Source of the DNA: Naegleria gruberi
Lineage: Eukaryota
Assembly: GCA_000004985.1 (NCBI GenBank)
Contig: GG738877.1
Length of the DNA: 64,000 nt
Direction: 5' to 3' (one strand)
Both the position numbers and the translations under genes were made by a program. The notes under the pieces are model-generated. The model was not told the DNA's origin and did no database searches. It saw nothing but the letters and a program-made list of their open reading frames with translations. The stretch's first letter is position 1; each line of letters starts with the position of its first letter. Shown here piece by piece: positions 40,848-51,370 of the stretch.

Positions 40848-43367
40848 TTATTGTAAAAATACATGAATTGAATCTCCTTCACTCAAATTCTTATCAACAA
40901 AAAAGAATTCATCAACATCAGCAAGAATAGTATTCTTAAATCTATCTTGTGAGCTGATCTTTAAACTCAAAACTTTTGTCTCTCCACTATTGCTACTACA
41001 GGCCGAGGTAGAATCGTTGGACAACAATGAACTGGCATCAGAAGTTGAAGTAGAAGTTTTTGGATCTTCCAACTTGGATTGTTTAAAGTCTTTTGCTCTG
41101 TCTGTCAGTAATTGTTTGATATTCTCCAGTGCAAGTTTACCTTGAATAATTTGAATATTATTTGTTTGAGAAACTTCAAAATGTTTCTTATTGACCTTGA
41201 GAGCGGTTGTGTAAAATTGATGGAAATGTTTAGAAATTTCAGAATCCTTTTCGTTTGGATAAATTCCAAACATTTGTTGTTTCTGAATTCTTAATTGAGT
41301 TTGATTAAATTCGTTAATTTGGTCTAAAAGTTTTGAACTATCACTTGCAATATCATCATCCACTTGATAAAATTGGACAATGATTGATATTTCATCTGGA
41401 TTCTTGTTTCTTTTACAAAGAGTTTCTATTTCTGATGAAAATTTAGTTCTCTTACTGTCACGATCATACTTATCAGTACTACTATCAGATGGAACATGAT
41501 CACTATTATTGGCTCCATTATTATTATTATTATTAATACTGTGAACTGGAGTTGTTGCACTAAATGTAGAAACAGTAAGTGCCTTTCTCTTATGTGTTCG
41601 AGGAGAACCATTTGTTGGTGAATAATCAGTTTGAATTGCTGACACACGATTATTCAAAGGGAATGCCAATGTTGGAGTGAGTGGACTTCCAGTACTGTCT
41701 CCATCTCTCATAGATCTTTGTTTGATTCCTTCCCTTGGATTGTTTCTTCTGATTTTTGAAGGATCGTAGAGTCCACGTTGGAACCTCCACTGTTTGTTAT
41801 AACATGTGGCACATACAGGTCCAGATGTGATTTGATCAATATTTTGTGGGAATGTATTTCTATACGATTCAATATTTCCCTCATGAATTGAATAATTCTT
41901 CTTGAAACTAACTTCAGCATCTGAACGACCACAACAATGACAATTGGTTACTTCTCTATTGGGATCTTCGGTTGTGTTAAGTTTTGGTGATTCATTCACT
42001 AATTTAGTTTTCTTAGTCATATTTGGAGTTCCCATAATGTTTTGTTGTGTGGAAATTTGATTTTGCTGTTGATTCATAGGTCGTGAATACAAGTTTCCAT
42101 TCATTTGTTCATAAGTGTGAATCATTAATCCATTAGTTGACTGATTTTGATCGTGTTGATGTTGCATTACATTTTGATTATTTCTCATGACAACATCATC
42201 TAGATTTGTGCCATTTGTGTGTAAATGTTGTGAATTATCAACAACTGAAGTACTTTGTGTATGTTCCACATAAGGAGCAACACTGTCAAAGTATGTGAAA
42301 TTTACCTTGTCACCTCTCCAATCATTGTTATTTTGTGAAAGTTGTAATTGAGTTGAATTATTCATCATTAAATTATCATGATTTGATTGATCTACAAGAT
42401 TTGTATCATTTTCTTGTTGATTTCCTAAGAAATTCAAAATATTATCTTGAATACCATTTGTATAATTCGAAAGTCCAACTTGTTGTTGTAAAGTAGCAGA
42501 ATTCATTGAATGGTGTTGTAATGAAGAATGCATCATTTGATTAGGTTGCGTCAAATGATGATGATTGGCAGTTGAATGATGAACAACTGGTTGTGAAAGA
42601 CCCAAAGCAGCTGCATTTGGCATGGTTGAGTAATGATGATGGTGTGGTTGCATCATGTGTTGTGATTGTTGTTGAAGTAACATTTGTTGCATAACAAAAT
42701 CCTGATGATCAACTGGAGAATTTGCTTCATTTCCAGCACTTCCTCTCATTGCCATATTCAAAATTAAATTACTGTAATCGTTATTCGTTGAATGTGAATT
42801 CAAATTATTTGAATTTGGATCTAGACCATTATTTGAGAAGGAGGAATGTTGATGCAGTGCAGAATTATTCAATTGTGGATAATTCATTGATTGTGTTTGT
42901 AAATGTTGTTGTTGTCTAAATAATTCTTGTAAAACTTGAGTATTTCCTGTATTCGTTCCCATGCCACCAACAATATTTGAACTACCAATAGAACCACCTC
43001 CATTACCCATCATGTGTTGTTGTTGTTGATTACTTGATGAGATTGAATTGTTGTGAGCTAACTGTTGCTGTTGTGAGGAAGAAGAAACACTTGGATCCAC
43101 CATTGTATTATTGTTATTATTGGAGGACATGTTATGAAGTTGATGATGATAGGGTGAAGTTGAGGAGGAAACAAGTGAATTGCTACTTGAGGACATGCCA
43201 GCATTCACTACTGTATTATTGGCAGTATTGTTGAGATTGGGAGATAGTGGTTGTTGTTGTGATTGAGTAGTGGCAGCTGTTGTTGATGGGCTAACGTTCA
43301 TCATTAAATTATCAGCTGTCGAATAAATAGTATTAAGTGTTGCTGCTGCTGTTTGAGACATCATCAT
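40848..43367 (-). CDS. Very N/Q/S-rich nuclear-type protein with a C-terminal Cys4 zinc-finger-like module.
   Basis: 839-aa ORF starting on ATG triplets. Long poly-N, poly-Q and histidine runs. The Cys4 module is TNCHCCGRSD...(37)...CATCYNKQWRFQRGLY. Confidence 0.45.
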   Translation of the reverse strand: MMMSQTAAATLNTIYSTADNLMMNVSPSTTAATTQSQQQPLSPNLNNTANNTVVNAGMSSSSNSLVSSSTSPYHHQLHNMSSNNNNNTMVDPSVSSSSQQQQLAHNNSISSSNQQQQHMMGNGGGSIGSSNIVGGMGTNTGNTQVLQELFRQQQHLQTQSMNYPQLNNSALHQHSSFSNNGLDPNSNNLNSHSTNNDYSNLILNMAMRGSAGNEANSPVDHQDFVMQQMLLQQQSQHMMQPHHHHYSTMPNAAALGLSQPVVHHSTANHHHLTQPNQMMHSSLQHHSMNSATLQQQVGLSNYTNGIQDNILNFLGNQQENDTNLVDQSNHDNLMMNNSTQLQLSQNNNDWRGDKVNFTYFDSVAPYVEHTQSTSVVDNSQHLHTNGTNLDDVVMRNNQNVMQHQHDQNQSTNGLMIHTYEQMNGNLYSRPMNQQQNQISTQQNIMGTPNMTKKTKLVNESPKLNTTEDPNREVTNCHCCGRSDAEVSFKKNYSIHEGNIESYRNTFPQNIDQITSGPVCATCYNKQWRFQRGLYDPSKIRRNNPREGIKQRSMRDGDSTGSPLTPTLAFPLNNRVSAIQTDYSPTNGSPRTHKRKALTVSTFSATTPVHSINNNNNNGANNSDHVPSDSSTDKYDRDSKRTKFSSEIETLCKRNKNPDEISIIVQFYQVDDDIASDSSKLLDQINEFNQTQLRIQKQQMFGIYPNEKDSEISKHFHQFYTTALKVNKKHFEVSQTNNIQIIQGKLALENIKQLLTDRAKDFKQSKLEDPKTSTSTSDASSLLSNDSTSACSSNSGETKVLSLKISSQDRFKNTILADVDEFFFVDKNLSEGDSIHVFLQ

Positions 43368-44071
43368 ACTGTCAACAAACGTTCTAAATCTGATTTAAAA
43401 TTAGTTACAGAAACTGTCTCTCTGTGTGAGTGTGGTTTGGTTGATTCTTAGAGAGAGTGAATGACAGTGGCAGATCCTTTCAAAGTGGCAGAATCTCTGT
43501 TTTTTTTTGTGCTGTGGAAAGGTTTCTTGTTGAAAAAACGTGCTGGAATGAGAGTTGTTTTTTAAACTCTATTCACACAAAGAAGTGTTTGACACGTGAG
43601 GTAAATTGCGCAGTTGTGCGAAAATTGAAATGCATTACCTTCGTGAAAACACTACTCAATCTGTCAGATAACAAATGGGGGCTTGGTTGTACTGCTTAGG
43701 TAAGCAATTATTAGGAAAAGCTTTTCAATTATTGAAAGATAAATACTCTGAATGTAGTGAATTTAAACCGCAAATTGAGGTGCTTGCCACTTTTGACTTA
43801 TTTACAATTGATTATTCTTTTAATAAAGACATGTCGTGCAGACGGGTTGTGTTTCTTTCAACCACACGACAAGATGGATTCTTTGTTACTGTACCTGGTT
43901 TCCTTTAGAATACATTGGGAACTTTCGTATTGAAATATTTGGAATGGTGTTGGTGACAGGTTAACAATTTAGTCTAATTACACCGAATTACCACGTGTTA
44001 AGTCTCATCACAGTGAGCTACATTGAATAGTTTTTAAATATTGGTCATCTTTTGGCGATCAGTCAACATAT

Positions 44072-45313
44072 TCAATCATCTTCCTCATCTTTGTATTGAT
44101 TCAATCCTTGCAGCAATGCAGAACAACCTGAAATTGATGATTTCGTATTAGTAAATTTGGCTCTCTGTAGAGTCCACTTTGAATTTTCACACGTCGCCGA
44201 GCTTTTGGGAGATGTTATTTCCTGTTGTGTAGAGTTGGTCAACTTTCTTTTTTTTAACTCTTTGGCCATCTTGGTTATTTCATTTGGTTTCAATGGTTGT
44301 GAGGATTTGGAAGCGTTAAATATTGAGGCGGATGATGTTCCTTCAATGTTTCTCTTTTTCACACGAGTTGACAATTCTTGTTTGGCAATAATTCCATCCT
44401 CAAGTGTTTCTTCAGGTAACAATGAACGTAGTGTATAGGAATTAACAAAGTTAGCTCCCAATCTTTGTCCCAAATTCTTGCAAGCTTCCTTCTCACTCTT
44501 TCTTAATTGTCTGTGAGAAGCTCTTAGCTGAAAATTTGACTCGAAATCGTTCTCTTGTCTCTTATTGAGTTTAATAATTGATTCCAGTTGAGGGATGGCA
44601 CTTTCTGCTTTCACTAAATCCTCTTTTTCATGATTAATTCTCTGCATTGAATCCATACTTTCCAAATCTTGTCCAATCACAATCATTTCCGAACGGGTAT
44701 CATTAACATCCAAATTAGATACATCGGCATCATTGCTAATGTTCAGTCCTTGACTCTTCCACTTTATTCCACTCACACAATCATAGGTTAATTGTTCAGG
44801 ATTGGTTCTAATCTCCAATCTTCCCGAACAATCATAACATTTCATAACAAATGAATAAATTGGCATTGTTAGAGTTTTTTCCTTCTTTTCATTGTTCATG
44901 TTAAATGTATCAGAATTAATATTATTATTACTATCATCTGTTTCTTCCAATTTTACTTTAACATGATCTAGAGTATTTGTTCCTGAATTTTCTGAATCAT
45001 TATTTAAATTTTCGGAATTATTTAAATTATTATTATTTCCTCCAAACAATCCAACTTGTTTCTTCCGAGCATTGAATCGTGTTCCTTTTGCAATGCCTTT
45101 TGAGCAATGAGTACAGATAGCATTGTATGGCATCTCGAAACGAATGACCAAAGATCCTATTCGTTCATCATCAATATCGGAAGATGAAGAGGCTTTCAAT
45201 TTACTTGCACGTTGTCTCAATGGATGAGAGTGATGATATCCATTAATTGATTTGTGTTTTTTCGGATCAAAATCTGGTGGAATGTACTTGTTTGTTGCTT
45301 TACGTTCTGCCAT
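44072..45313 (-). CDS. Splicing factor of the Yju2 / CWC16 (CCDC94/CCDC130) family.
   Basis: MAERKATNKYIPPDFDPKK...IRFEMPYNAICTHCSKGIAKGTRFNARKKQVG...YSFVMKCYDCSGRLEIRTNPEQLTYDCVSG is the conserved N-terminal Yju2 domain with its two CxxC pairs. Confidence 0.7.
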   Translation of the reverse strand: MAERKATNKYIPPDFDPKKHKSINGYHHSHPLRQRASKLKASSSSDIDDERIGSLVIRFEMPYNAICTHCSKGIAKGTRFNARKKQVGLFGGNNNNLNNSENLNNDSENSGTNTLDHVKVKLEETDDSNNNINSDTFNMNNEKKEKTLTMPIYSFVMKCYDCSGRLEIRTNPEQLTYDCVSGIKWKSQGLNISNDADVSNLDVNDTRSEMIVIGQDLESMDSMQRINHEKEDLVKAESAIPQLESIIKLNKRQENDFESNFQLRASHRQLRKSEKEACKNLGQRLGANFVNSYTLRSLLPEETLEDGIIAKQELSTRVKKRNIEGTSSASIFNASKSSQPLKPNEITKMAKELKKRKLTNSTQQEITSPKSSATCENSKWTLQRAKFTNTKSSISGCSALLQGLNQYKDEEDD

Positions 45314-45470
45314 TTTTTTTTTGAAATAGGAAATAATTGAATGTGTTGTTTACAATTTATTATTCATCTATGGAAAATTGAATGTGTTGTTTACAAGAGT
45401 TTTGAAATGGTTGAAATTAAGGACTGCCTCCATGAGAGAGGGTTCTACTGAATTTCGCTTTGTATCCTTT

Positions 45471-46661
45471 TTATTTCTTCTTCTTTTTAACATTTTTCTT
45501 AACCTTCTTTTTCTTTGTCTTCTTTTGTTTGAGAGTTTTGGAAATTTTGGTTACAAATTTAGTATGGAGCTTTTTCAGAAAGGAACTTCTTCCTCCCTTC
45601 TCCTTACACAAATCTATTGAATCAATGAATTTGTAATCACAAATCTCTTCTGTGAATTCGTACTTTTTCAGTAAATTCAACAAGCTATCCAGAAAATTAT
45701 CTTGTTGTGAAATTGTTCGAGATATTTCAACTGCATTAAATGTCATGAGCTCATTATTTTCCTTCAACTTTTTGTAATTTTTCATTAAATTCTCTACAAT
45801 AGCATCTGTCCTGTCCCATTCTACTTCATGTGCATATATGAAATTTGTTTCAAACTTTGTAAATGGTCCATTCATTACACTTTTCTCTGCATTGATTGAA
45901 TATCCATACAATTCTTCTCTCATTTCTCTTAGACAGCATTCCATACCCGACTCGGAAGGTCGTGATTTCTTTCCTCCAACAAAACTCCATGCACTTGAAT
46001 CAGTATTTTTACAAATCAAGTATTTGAATGCAAATTTCTTTCCAAGACTATTCTTTGCATAGATAATAATGAAGGAAGATTCAAATTTCATTGTTTTTCC
46101 ATTGCTACCAGTCATTAGACATTGCACTGGTTCATTGACAACACCCTCCAATCCAGTTTTTATCCAACCTTGAGCAATCTCTTCCAAACTCTCAAAAAAC
46201 AATAAATTCATCTCTTTGGATGAATCTTTCTGAATGAAAAATTGAGTATTTCCATGAATTTTTCTATGTTTAAGATTATCTTTCAAATATCCTTCAAACT
46301 TTTTCATCAACTTTTCATTAAAATTGTCCTTCATCAATTCCTTGACTTGAATTAAAATTGTTGCAATTAATTTTTCCTTCAACATGCGAATTGTATGATC
46401 ATTCTTTAATTTCCGAATGGCATCAATTTCTTTAGAACATTGAATGACGTTCTTTGAATTTCTAAAATCGAATAATATGGAATTGTGCAGTGATTGGTCT
46501 TCATTATTCCTATCATTGTCGCCTATATCTTGATTGTTGGTTTCTGTTGTTATTTCTTCATCTTTTTCCTCATCAATGTTTTCAACTTCATCTTCCGATG
46601 AATCGTCATCACTCGCAACTATTTCTTCTAATTTCCTCTTGTTTTGTTTGCGCCTAGCCAT
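45471..46661 (-). CDS. Protein with an acidic N-terminus and a Nudix-like hydrolase motif (tentative).
   Basis: GGKKSRPSESGMECCLREMREELYGY approximates the Nudix box Gx5Ex7REUxEExGU, with one-residue spacing deviations. Confidence 0.35.
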   Translation of the reverse strand: MARRKQNKRKLEEIVASDDDSSEDEVENIDEEKDEEITTETNNQDIGDNDRNNEDQSLHNSILFDFRNSKNVIQCSKEIDAIRKLKNDHTIRMLKEKLIATILIQVKELMKDNFNEKLMKKFEGYLKDNLKHRKIHGNTQFFIQKDSSKEMNLLFFESLEEIAQGWIKTGLEGVVNEPVQCLMTGSNGKTMKFESSFIIIYAKNSLGKKFAFKYLICKNTDSSAWSFVGGKKSRPSESGMECCLREMREELYGYSINAEKSVMNGPFTKFETNFIYAHEVEWDRTDAIVENLMKNYKKLKENNELMTFNAVEISRTISQQDNFLDSLLNLLKKYEFTEEICDYKFIDSIDLCKEKGGRSSFLKKLHTKFVTKISKTLKQKKTKKKKVKKNVKKKKK

Positions 46662-46863
46662 TTGTTTTCAATTTTTTTAAATTATTATTTGTTTTAATAT
46701 TATTTAGAGGTAATTTTTTGTATTGACCCAGGGCTTTAAATTTCAATGAATACCTTATAAAATCTCATGAAAAAAGAGAATATCATAGAAAAATATGTCT
46801 ATATTATGAGGTGCAAAATTTAGTTCACGACATTGAATAATCATAAAAATACAAAATAATTTC

Positions 46864-46934
46864 TGCGTCGACCGGGAATTGAACCCGGGTCACGGCGATG
46901 GCAACGCCGTATTCTACCACTAAACCATCGACGC
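46864..46934 (-). tRNA. tRNA-Gly (anticodon GCC).
   Basis: Reverse complement reads GCGUCGAUGGUUUAGUGGUAGAAUACGGCGUUGCCAUCGCCGUGACCCGGGUUCAAUUCCCGGUCGACGCA. Acceptor, anticodon (CGGCG/CGCCG) and T (CCGGG/CCCGG) stems are all perfect. Confidence 0.85.
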
Positions 46935-47191
46935 CTTCTTATTATTTATAATTGGTTACTCAATATGAAAATAGAGAAAATTGCTTCAAGTCACTGGAAG
47001 GAAGTGTAGCTATTAGTGTTGAACACCAATTTATGCTTTGCATTTTTGTTTATTAATAAAACCATAACAAATAAGATAACAAGGCTTATTGTTCAAAATA
47101 TTTGCCTTCTTCTAGAGAAACAACCTGGAGTTTTAAATTCCCTAATGAAATATCCAATAAATACAAATGGTTTATTATGTAAATATATGAC

Positions 47192-48063
47192 TTATTCATG
47201 ATGATCATCATCACCTCCATCGTCATCCTCGTGTTGAGAAACCAATTTATATTCACTACTGTGATCGTCATGATGACCAACATGAACAGGTCTAGCCAAG
47301 AAGATTGAAACACTGTGACCTAAAGTTATTATTATTATTCATTATTAATAATTTCCATTCAAGTAATTCAATGAACAAGTATTAAAAGAATTTCAATAAA
47401 TGGCAATTAACACACAATTTTCACACATTGAGTCAAATTTAACAATTTAAACAAGTGAATAATACTTACTGGCATGAGTGTAGTGAGTGGCCTTTTCAAA
47501 AATCACATACCACTGCACCAAAACTTCCAAAATTTCAACAGCCAAATGTTCCTCCAAACTTGCTGATTTGTTGGCAAAGTAGGCAGGATCCTTCTTTCTC
47601 TTATTGTAATTGTAATCATACTCACGACCTAAATAAACAAAGTGAATAATACCAGTGGCAAATGAATAAATGCAAAAGATGAAATAAATAATGCTTTCGA
47701 TCCAATTGATCCAGATGGTGAGTGGTTTCTTTCTCTTCACAGCAATCAATTCACGAATGTAACGGAATGTGAATAGGATTGGAATACAAATCATGGCAAT
47801 GTAGGAAGTAATTTTCAATCCGAATTGGACATCGGTTTCACCATCGACGAGATGGCCAGTTGTGATGCCCAATAAATCGTTTGCTTGAACGAAGGAAATG
47901 ACTACAATCTGTAAATGGTGATGGAATTAAATGTTTCAATGAGAAATATTTCGAATAGAGTGTTGCAAAAAGTGAGAAAATCACCAAAAACGATCAAAGC
48001 GAACATTGTCATCATAACAACAATCAACAAGGCCATTAAACATGGATACAAAGTATTGAACAT
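47192..48063 (-). CDS. Small multi-pass membrane protein encoded by at least 3 exons. Last exon 47192..47319, intron 47320..47469 (150 nt, GTAAGT...TTTAG), middle exon about 47470..47901/47908. The first exon (ATG 48063) and its donor are uncertain.
   Basis: The track ORF 47447..47872 ends ...HYTHASKYYSLV*, where GTAAGT overlaps the last codons. Splicing to acceptor CTTTAG at 47320 continues in frame as SHSVSIFLARPVHVGHHDDHSSEYKLVSQHEDDDGGDDDHHE*. An upstream hydrophobic exon MFNTLYPCLMALLIVVMMTMFALIVF (48063..) can be joined via GTGATT...TAG to ...VISFVQANDLLGITTGHLV. Confidence 0.4.
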
Positions 48064-48567
48064 TCTAATAAACAATTCGAAAGAAATTTAAAAACAAACC
48101 TTGAAAACAGACAGCAAATACATTCTCAATCTTCTATTACCAATTGTATTACGAGAGATTGTTCTGAGAACCTTCTTGGTCTTCTCCCACGAAGACAACT
48201 CTCTTCCAGCAGAACCAGAAAGTGGTTCAGTAAGTGATGTAGTCATATTTTTTGCTATTTTGCAAACTGAACAATACACAGAAAGGAACGAAATAGAGTG
48301 CTTGTTGTTGAAGAACGACAAAACTCATGCTGGAATAGTTCGCATTCTTGTTAGAATTGGGAAGGATAATCCAATTATGGTGCGACTGAAGTGCTTACAA
48401 TGAGAAAGAGGCTAATTATTCGAATATGTCAGTGGATGTCATGCTCATGATTGGATGTGAAATTTTAATACAAAATATTGTAAAGCAGTAAAAACAAATA
48501 GTATTCGAATTGGAGATACGTTTAGTTCAGTATATTTTAGCGGGAATATAGTACAAAGTTTAATTCT

Positions 48568-50568
48568 TTATTCAATTTCAATGCCCAAAGTTTCTAATTG
48601 ACCTTCAACAAGTCGATGCATTCTTCTGAATGTAGATTGATTCTTCTTAACACGTTTGGTCTTGTCTGATGTTTTGCTTATTCTTGTTTTGATTTTGGTG
48701 GATGGTGTTGATAAATTAGATCCTGGTGAATTGAGTGAAACAGAGTTGGTTGACTGCTGGAGTGAAATTGTTGGTTTGACTGAGAAGGTTGCTCCAACAA
48801 GTTCTTCCTCATCATCTTGTTCAGAATCTGAATCTGAATCAGAGTGGTGATCTTTGAGGATAATCTTTCCAGAGTTGACCGTTGAGTTGTTGGAAGAATT
48901 TGGTTTCACTGTTGTGGTGTTGAGTGAAATTTCCTCGTCAGAATTATCGGAATCTGATTCGATTATTCTTCTGGAACTGTTGGATTTTCTATTATCTGAA
49001 GGTGTATTGAGTGAAACTGAGGTAAATTCTCCCTTTCCATCAGAAGATGAATCAGTTTCATCGTCTGTACCTGATTCAGTTTCATAGTTTAGTTTGATAT
49101 TTTCAGTACGATTAATTAAATCATCCAAATCGTCCAAATCATCAGATTCACGTACTTGATTGGTAGTTCTAGAAACTGAGAATGAGTCCTTAATCATAAT
49201 TTCCATTGCATGATCGTCGTCATTGGATGCTTCGTGTTCAATCATTAACTTGTCCTTCTTTATCTTTTTTGTCTTTTTCTCCTTGTCAGATAATTTGATA
49301 TCTTGAATCTTGACATCAGAACTGCTTCCCATATAAGATGACAAACTGTTGCTGCTACCTGGAGTGGTTGTACCACCATTTGGTGATTGAGAATTTGGTG
49401 GAGAGATGATTGCAGAACCTGGTGAAGTTGAAATTTGCATTGGAGAAGCATGTGCAAAGAGGGAAACTCTCATGTTTTGAGAGGTGAGATCCATATCTTG
49501 GGCATGGCTTGTGAGGTTTTTCATTCCCTCTGGAAACATTAATGAAACACGGTTGGAAGCACTCATATCTCCTGAATCGTCGTGTACAGAAGAGAGCTTT
49601 GAGAGTTTTCCTTCTTGGTAGAGTTTCCTCAAACGGTCAACTGGATTGGCAATTCCTTCATTGTTGATCTTTTCAACATTTTCAGTCTTTTCCAAGAATT
49701 GATTTCTACATCTGTGGAAAGACAAACTCTTCCACATCATTGGAGAGTGAGGAGAAACTTGTTCACTCAAAATGTCATTTGCCTTTTCCTTCTTGGCTTC
49801 CTTAATTCTGTTAAGAATAAGTTGATGAATGGCAATCGATTTTTTCTGAATCAATTCACCTTCATTCAACATTTTTGTAACATTATTAATGGCATCAATC
49901 CACTCCTCTCTATCACGTTCAGACTCGGCCAAGAAGAAATATTGTCTCCCAACAGTGTGTAAAGTAATTCCACATTTGGTATTTTTAGTTGCTTCCACAC
50001 GAGTTCCCTTCAAATCAATCGAATCAATTGGTTCCATTTCCTTTTCACTCTTATAATAGGACAATGCACTGTCTTTCAAAACAAAGAATCTAGTCTTGAT
50101 ACTCTTAAAACTACCTCCCTGTTTCTTTAAAACACCCTTCTTTTCAACTCTCTTTGCTTGATCCCCACGAAGGAAATTTCTTGGATCATTGTAAACTTTT
50201 TTCAAATTTGCATAATAAACACTTGCACGAAGAGCATAAACCCATTCACTAACTTCTTCCTCCAAATCACAAACCATATAATAATTTCTATTCTTTGTTA
50301 CAATAGCAAAACAGTTCTTTTTTCCAATTTGAAATTCATCAACAAACATGACAAGACTGTCAACTTCAATTTTAACACTTCCAGCCGGATACGAATCATT
50401 TTGACTCTTATAATAGGAAAGTGTGTCATCATGAAGAACGAACCATCTCTTCTTCCAGTTCTTTCTCTTTGCCCCTTGTTTGGTAACATTTCCCTTTTTA
50501 CTTGTTAATGAAATATCAAATTCTCTCTCGAGTCTGTAATCACCATTTTCCAGAGTTGGAATGTACAA
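48568..50568 (-). CDS. Protein with two N-terminal PH domains and an S/T/D-rich C-terminal half. The 5' end is probably incomplete in this model: no in-frame ATG, so an upstream micro-exon is likely.
   Basis: KRKNWKKRWFVLHDDTLSYYKS...WVYALRASV and KKQGGSFKSIKTRFFVLKDSALSYYKSEKE...REEWIDAINNV are two PH-domain signatures. The track start is TTG. An in-frame TGA lies 22 codons upstream with no ATG between, and a strong acceptor TTTATTACAG sits 24 nt upstream of the TTG. Confidence 0.6.
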   Translation of the reverse strand: MYIPTLENGDYRLEREFDISLTSKKGNVTKQGAKRKNWKKRWFVLHDDTLSYYKSQNDSYPAGSVKIEVDSLVMFVDEFQIGKKNCFAIVTKNRNYYMVCDLEEEVSEWVYALRASVYYANLKKVYNDPRNFLRGDQAKRVEKKGVLKKQGGSFKSIKTRFFVLKDSALSYYKSEKEMEPIDSIDLKGTRVEATKNTKCGITLHTVGRQYFFLAESERDREEWIDAINNVTKMLNEGELIQKKSIAIHQLILNRIKEAKKEKANDILSEQVSPHSPMMWKSLSFHRCRNQFLEKTENVEKINNEGIANPVDRLRKLYQEGKLSKLSSVHDDSGDMSASNRVSLMFPEGMKNLTSHAQDMDLTSQNMRVSLFAHASPMQISTSPGSAIISPPNSQSPNGGTTTPGSSNSLSSYMGSSSDVKIQDIKLSDKEKKTKKIKKDKLMIEHEASNDDDHAMEIMIKDSFSVSRTTNQVRESDDLDDLDDLINRTENIKLNYETESGTDDETDSSSDGKGEFTSVSLNTPSDNRKSNSSRRIIESDSDNSDEEISLNTTTVKPNSSNNSTVNSGKIILKDHHSDSDSDSEQDDEEELVGATFSVKPTISLQQSTNSVSLNSPGSNLSTPSTKIKTRISKTSDKTKRVKKNQSTFRRMHRLVEGQLETLGIEIE

Positions 50569-50832
50569 CTTTTTTACATATTTATCTGTAATAAACTTTT
50601 TTCTAAATGAACTGTTTAATAATCAATGATGCAATACACACACAACAACAAGAATGTTATATCAATTCAACACAGTGTTACGTTATTAATCAATTGTCAA
50701 AAAATTCAAAATTCATCAATCATTATCCGATATTATTCGAAAGTGATCATTTTCAACAATTCATCATCAATCATCACACAGGTAACACATCAATATAATA
50801 AACATTCATAATTATTATATAAACAATACATA

Positions 50833-51168
50833 CTACTTGTCGTGAGCAGATGGTTTTTCAAAAGGAAATAAATTACATTCCCAATATGCATTAGCTTCTA
50901 CATTTCCTACTCTATTCATTACTTCATATTGTTCTTCATCATTCCATTCATCCAATTCAACTGATTTCACTTTGGAAATGTGTGTTCCCATTGATCGGTG
51001 AACACCCGAACAATTGATACAAACAAAAACACCAAGATTAGTTGAAGCCCATGCTGTTTCTGTTGCTAAACAATCAGCACAATATTTGTTTTCTGATTTG
51101 TTTTTTATGCTGATGATTTCTTGTTTGTAGTTTTTAGAGGTCTGTGCTGTTGTGGCGATGACAGACAT
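50833..51168 (-). CDS. Small ArfGAP-domain protein.
   Basis: NKYCADCLATETAWASTNLGVFVCINCSGVHRSMGTHISKVKSVELDEW is the ArfGAP C4 zinc finger with the arginine finger. Confidence 0.7.
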   Translation of the reverse strand: MSVIATTAQTSKNYKQEIISIKNKSENKYCADCLATETAWASTNLGVFVCINCSGVHRSMGTHISKVKSVELDEWNDEEQYEVMNRVGNVEANAYWECNLFPFEKPSAHDK

Positions 51169-51370
51169 TTTTTTAAAACTAACAAGTGACAGACAGGTCG
51201 GTGATATGACTTACCTTGGTGACTCTTCAAAAATGTGTTGACCATTATTAATCCTTGAACATGTTTAAATGATTCGCAACATCTCACAACAAGCAATTGA
51301 TCCTTTTTCTCCTTCTCGTAATTACGATTTTTCCAAATGATTCGACCCTCATTGTAAAAATCTCATTTAT

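Noticed and set aside
41780-41960. GATA-type zinc finger in the N/Q-rich gene 40848..43367.
   Set aside because: The two CxxC pairs are about 37 residues apart rather than the GATA 17-18, and the WRR-type basic tail is not in the GATA register. I left it as a generic Cys4 module.
45471-46661. Confident Nudix hydrolase call.
   Set aside because: The box deviates by one residue in two spacings (Gx6E, EExxG). I kept it as tentative only.
47902-48063. Single-exon reading of the membrane-protein gene from ATG 48063.
   Set aside because: The unspliced frame hits TAG at 47902 and is out of frame with the long downstream ORF. Splice sites restore continuity.
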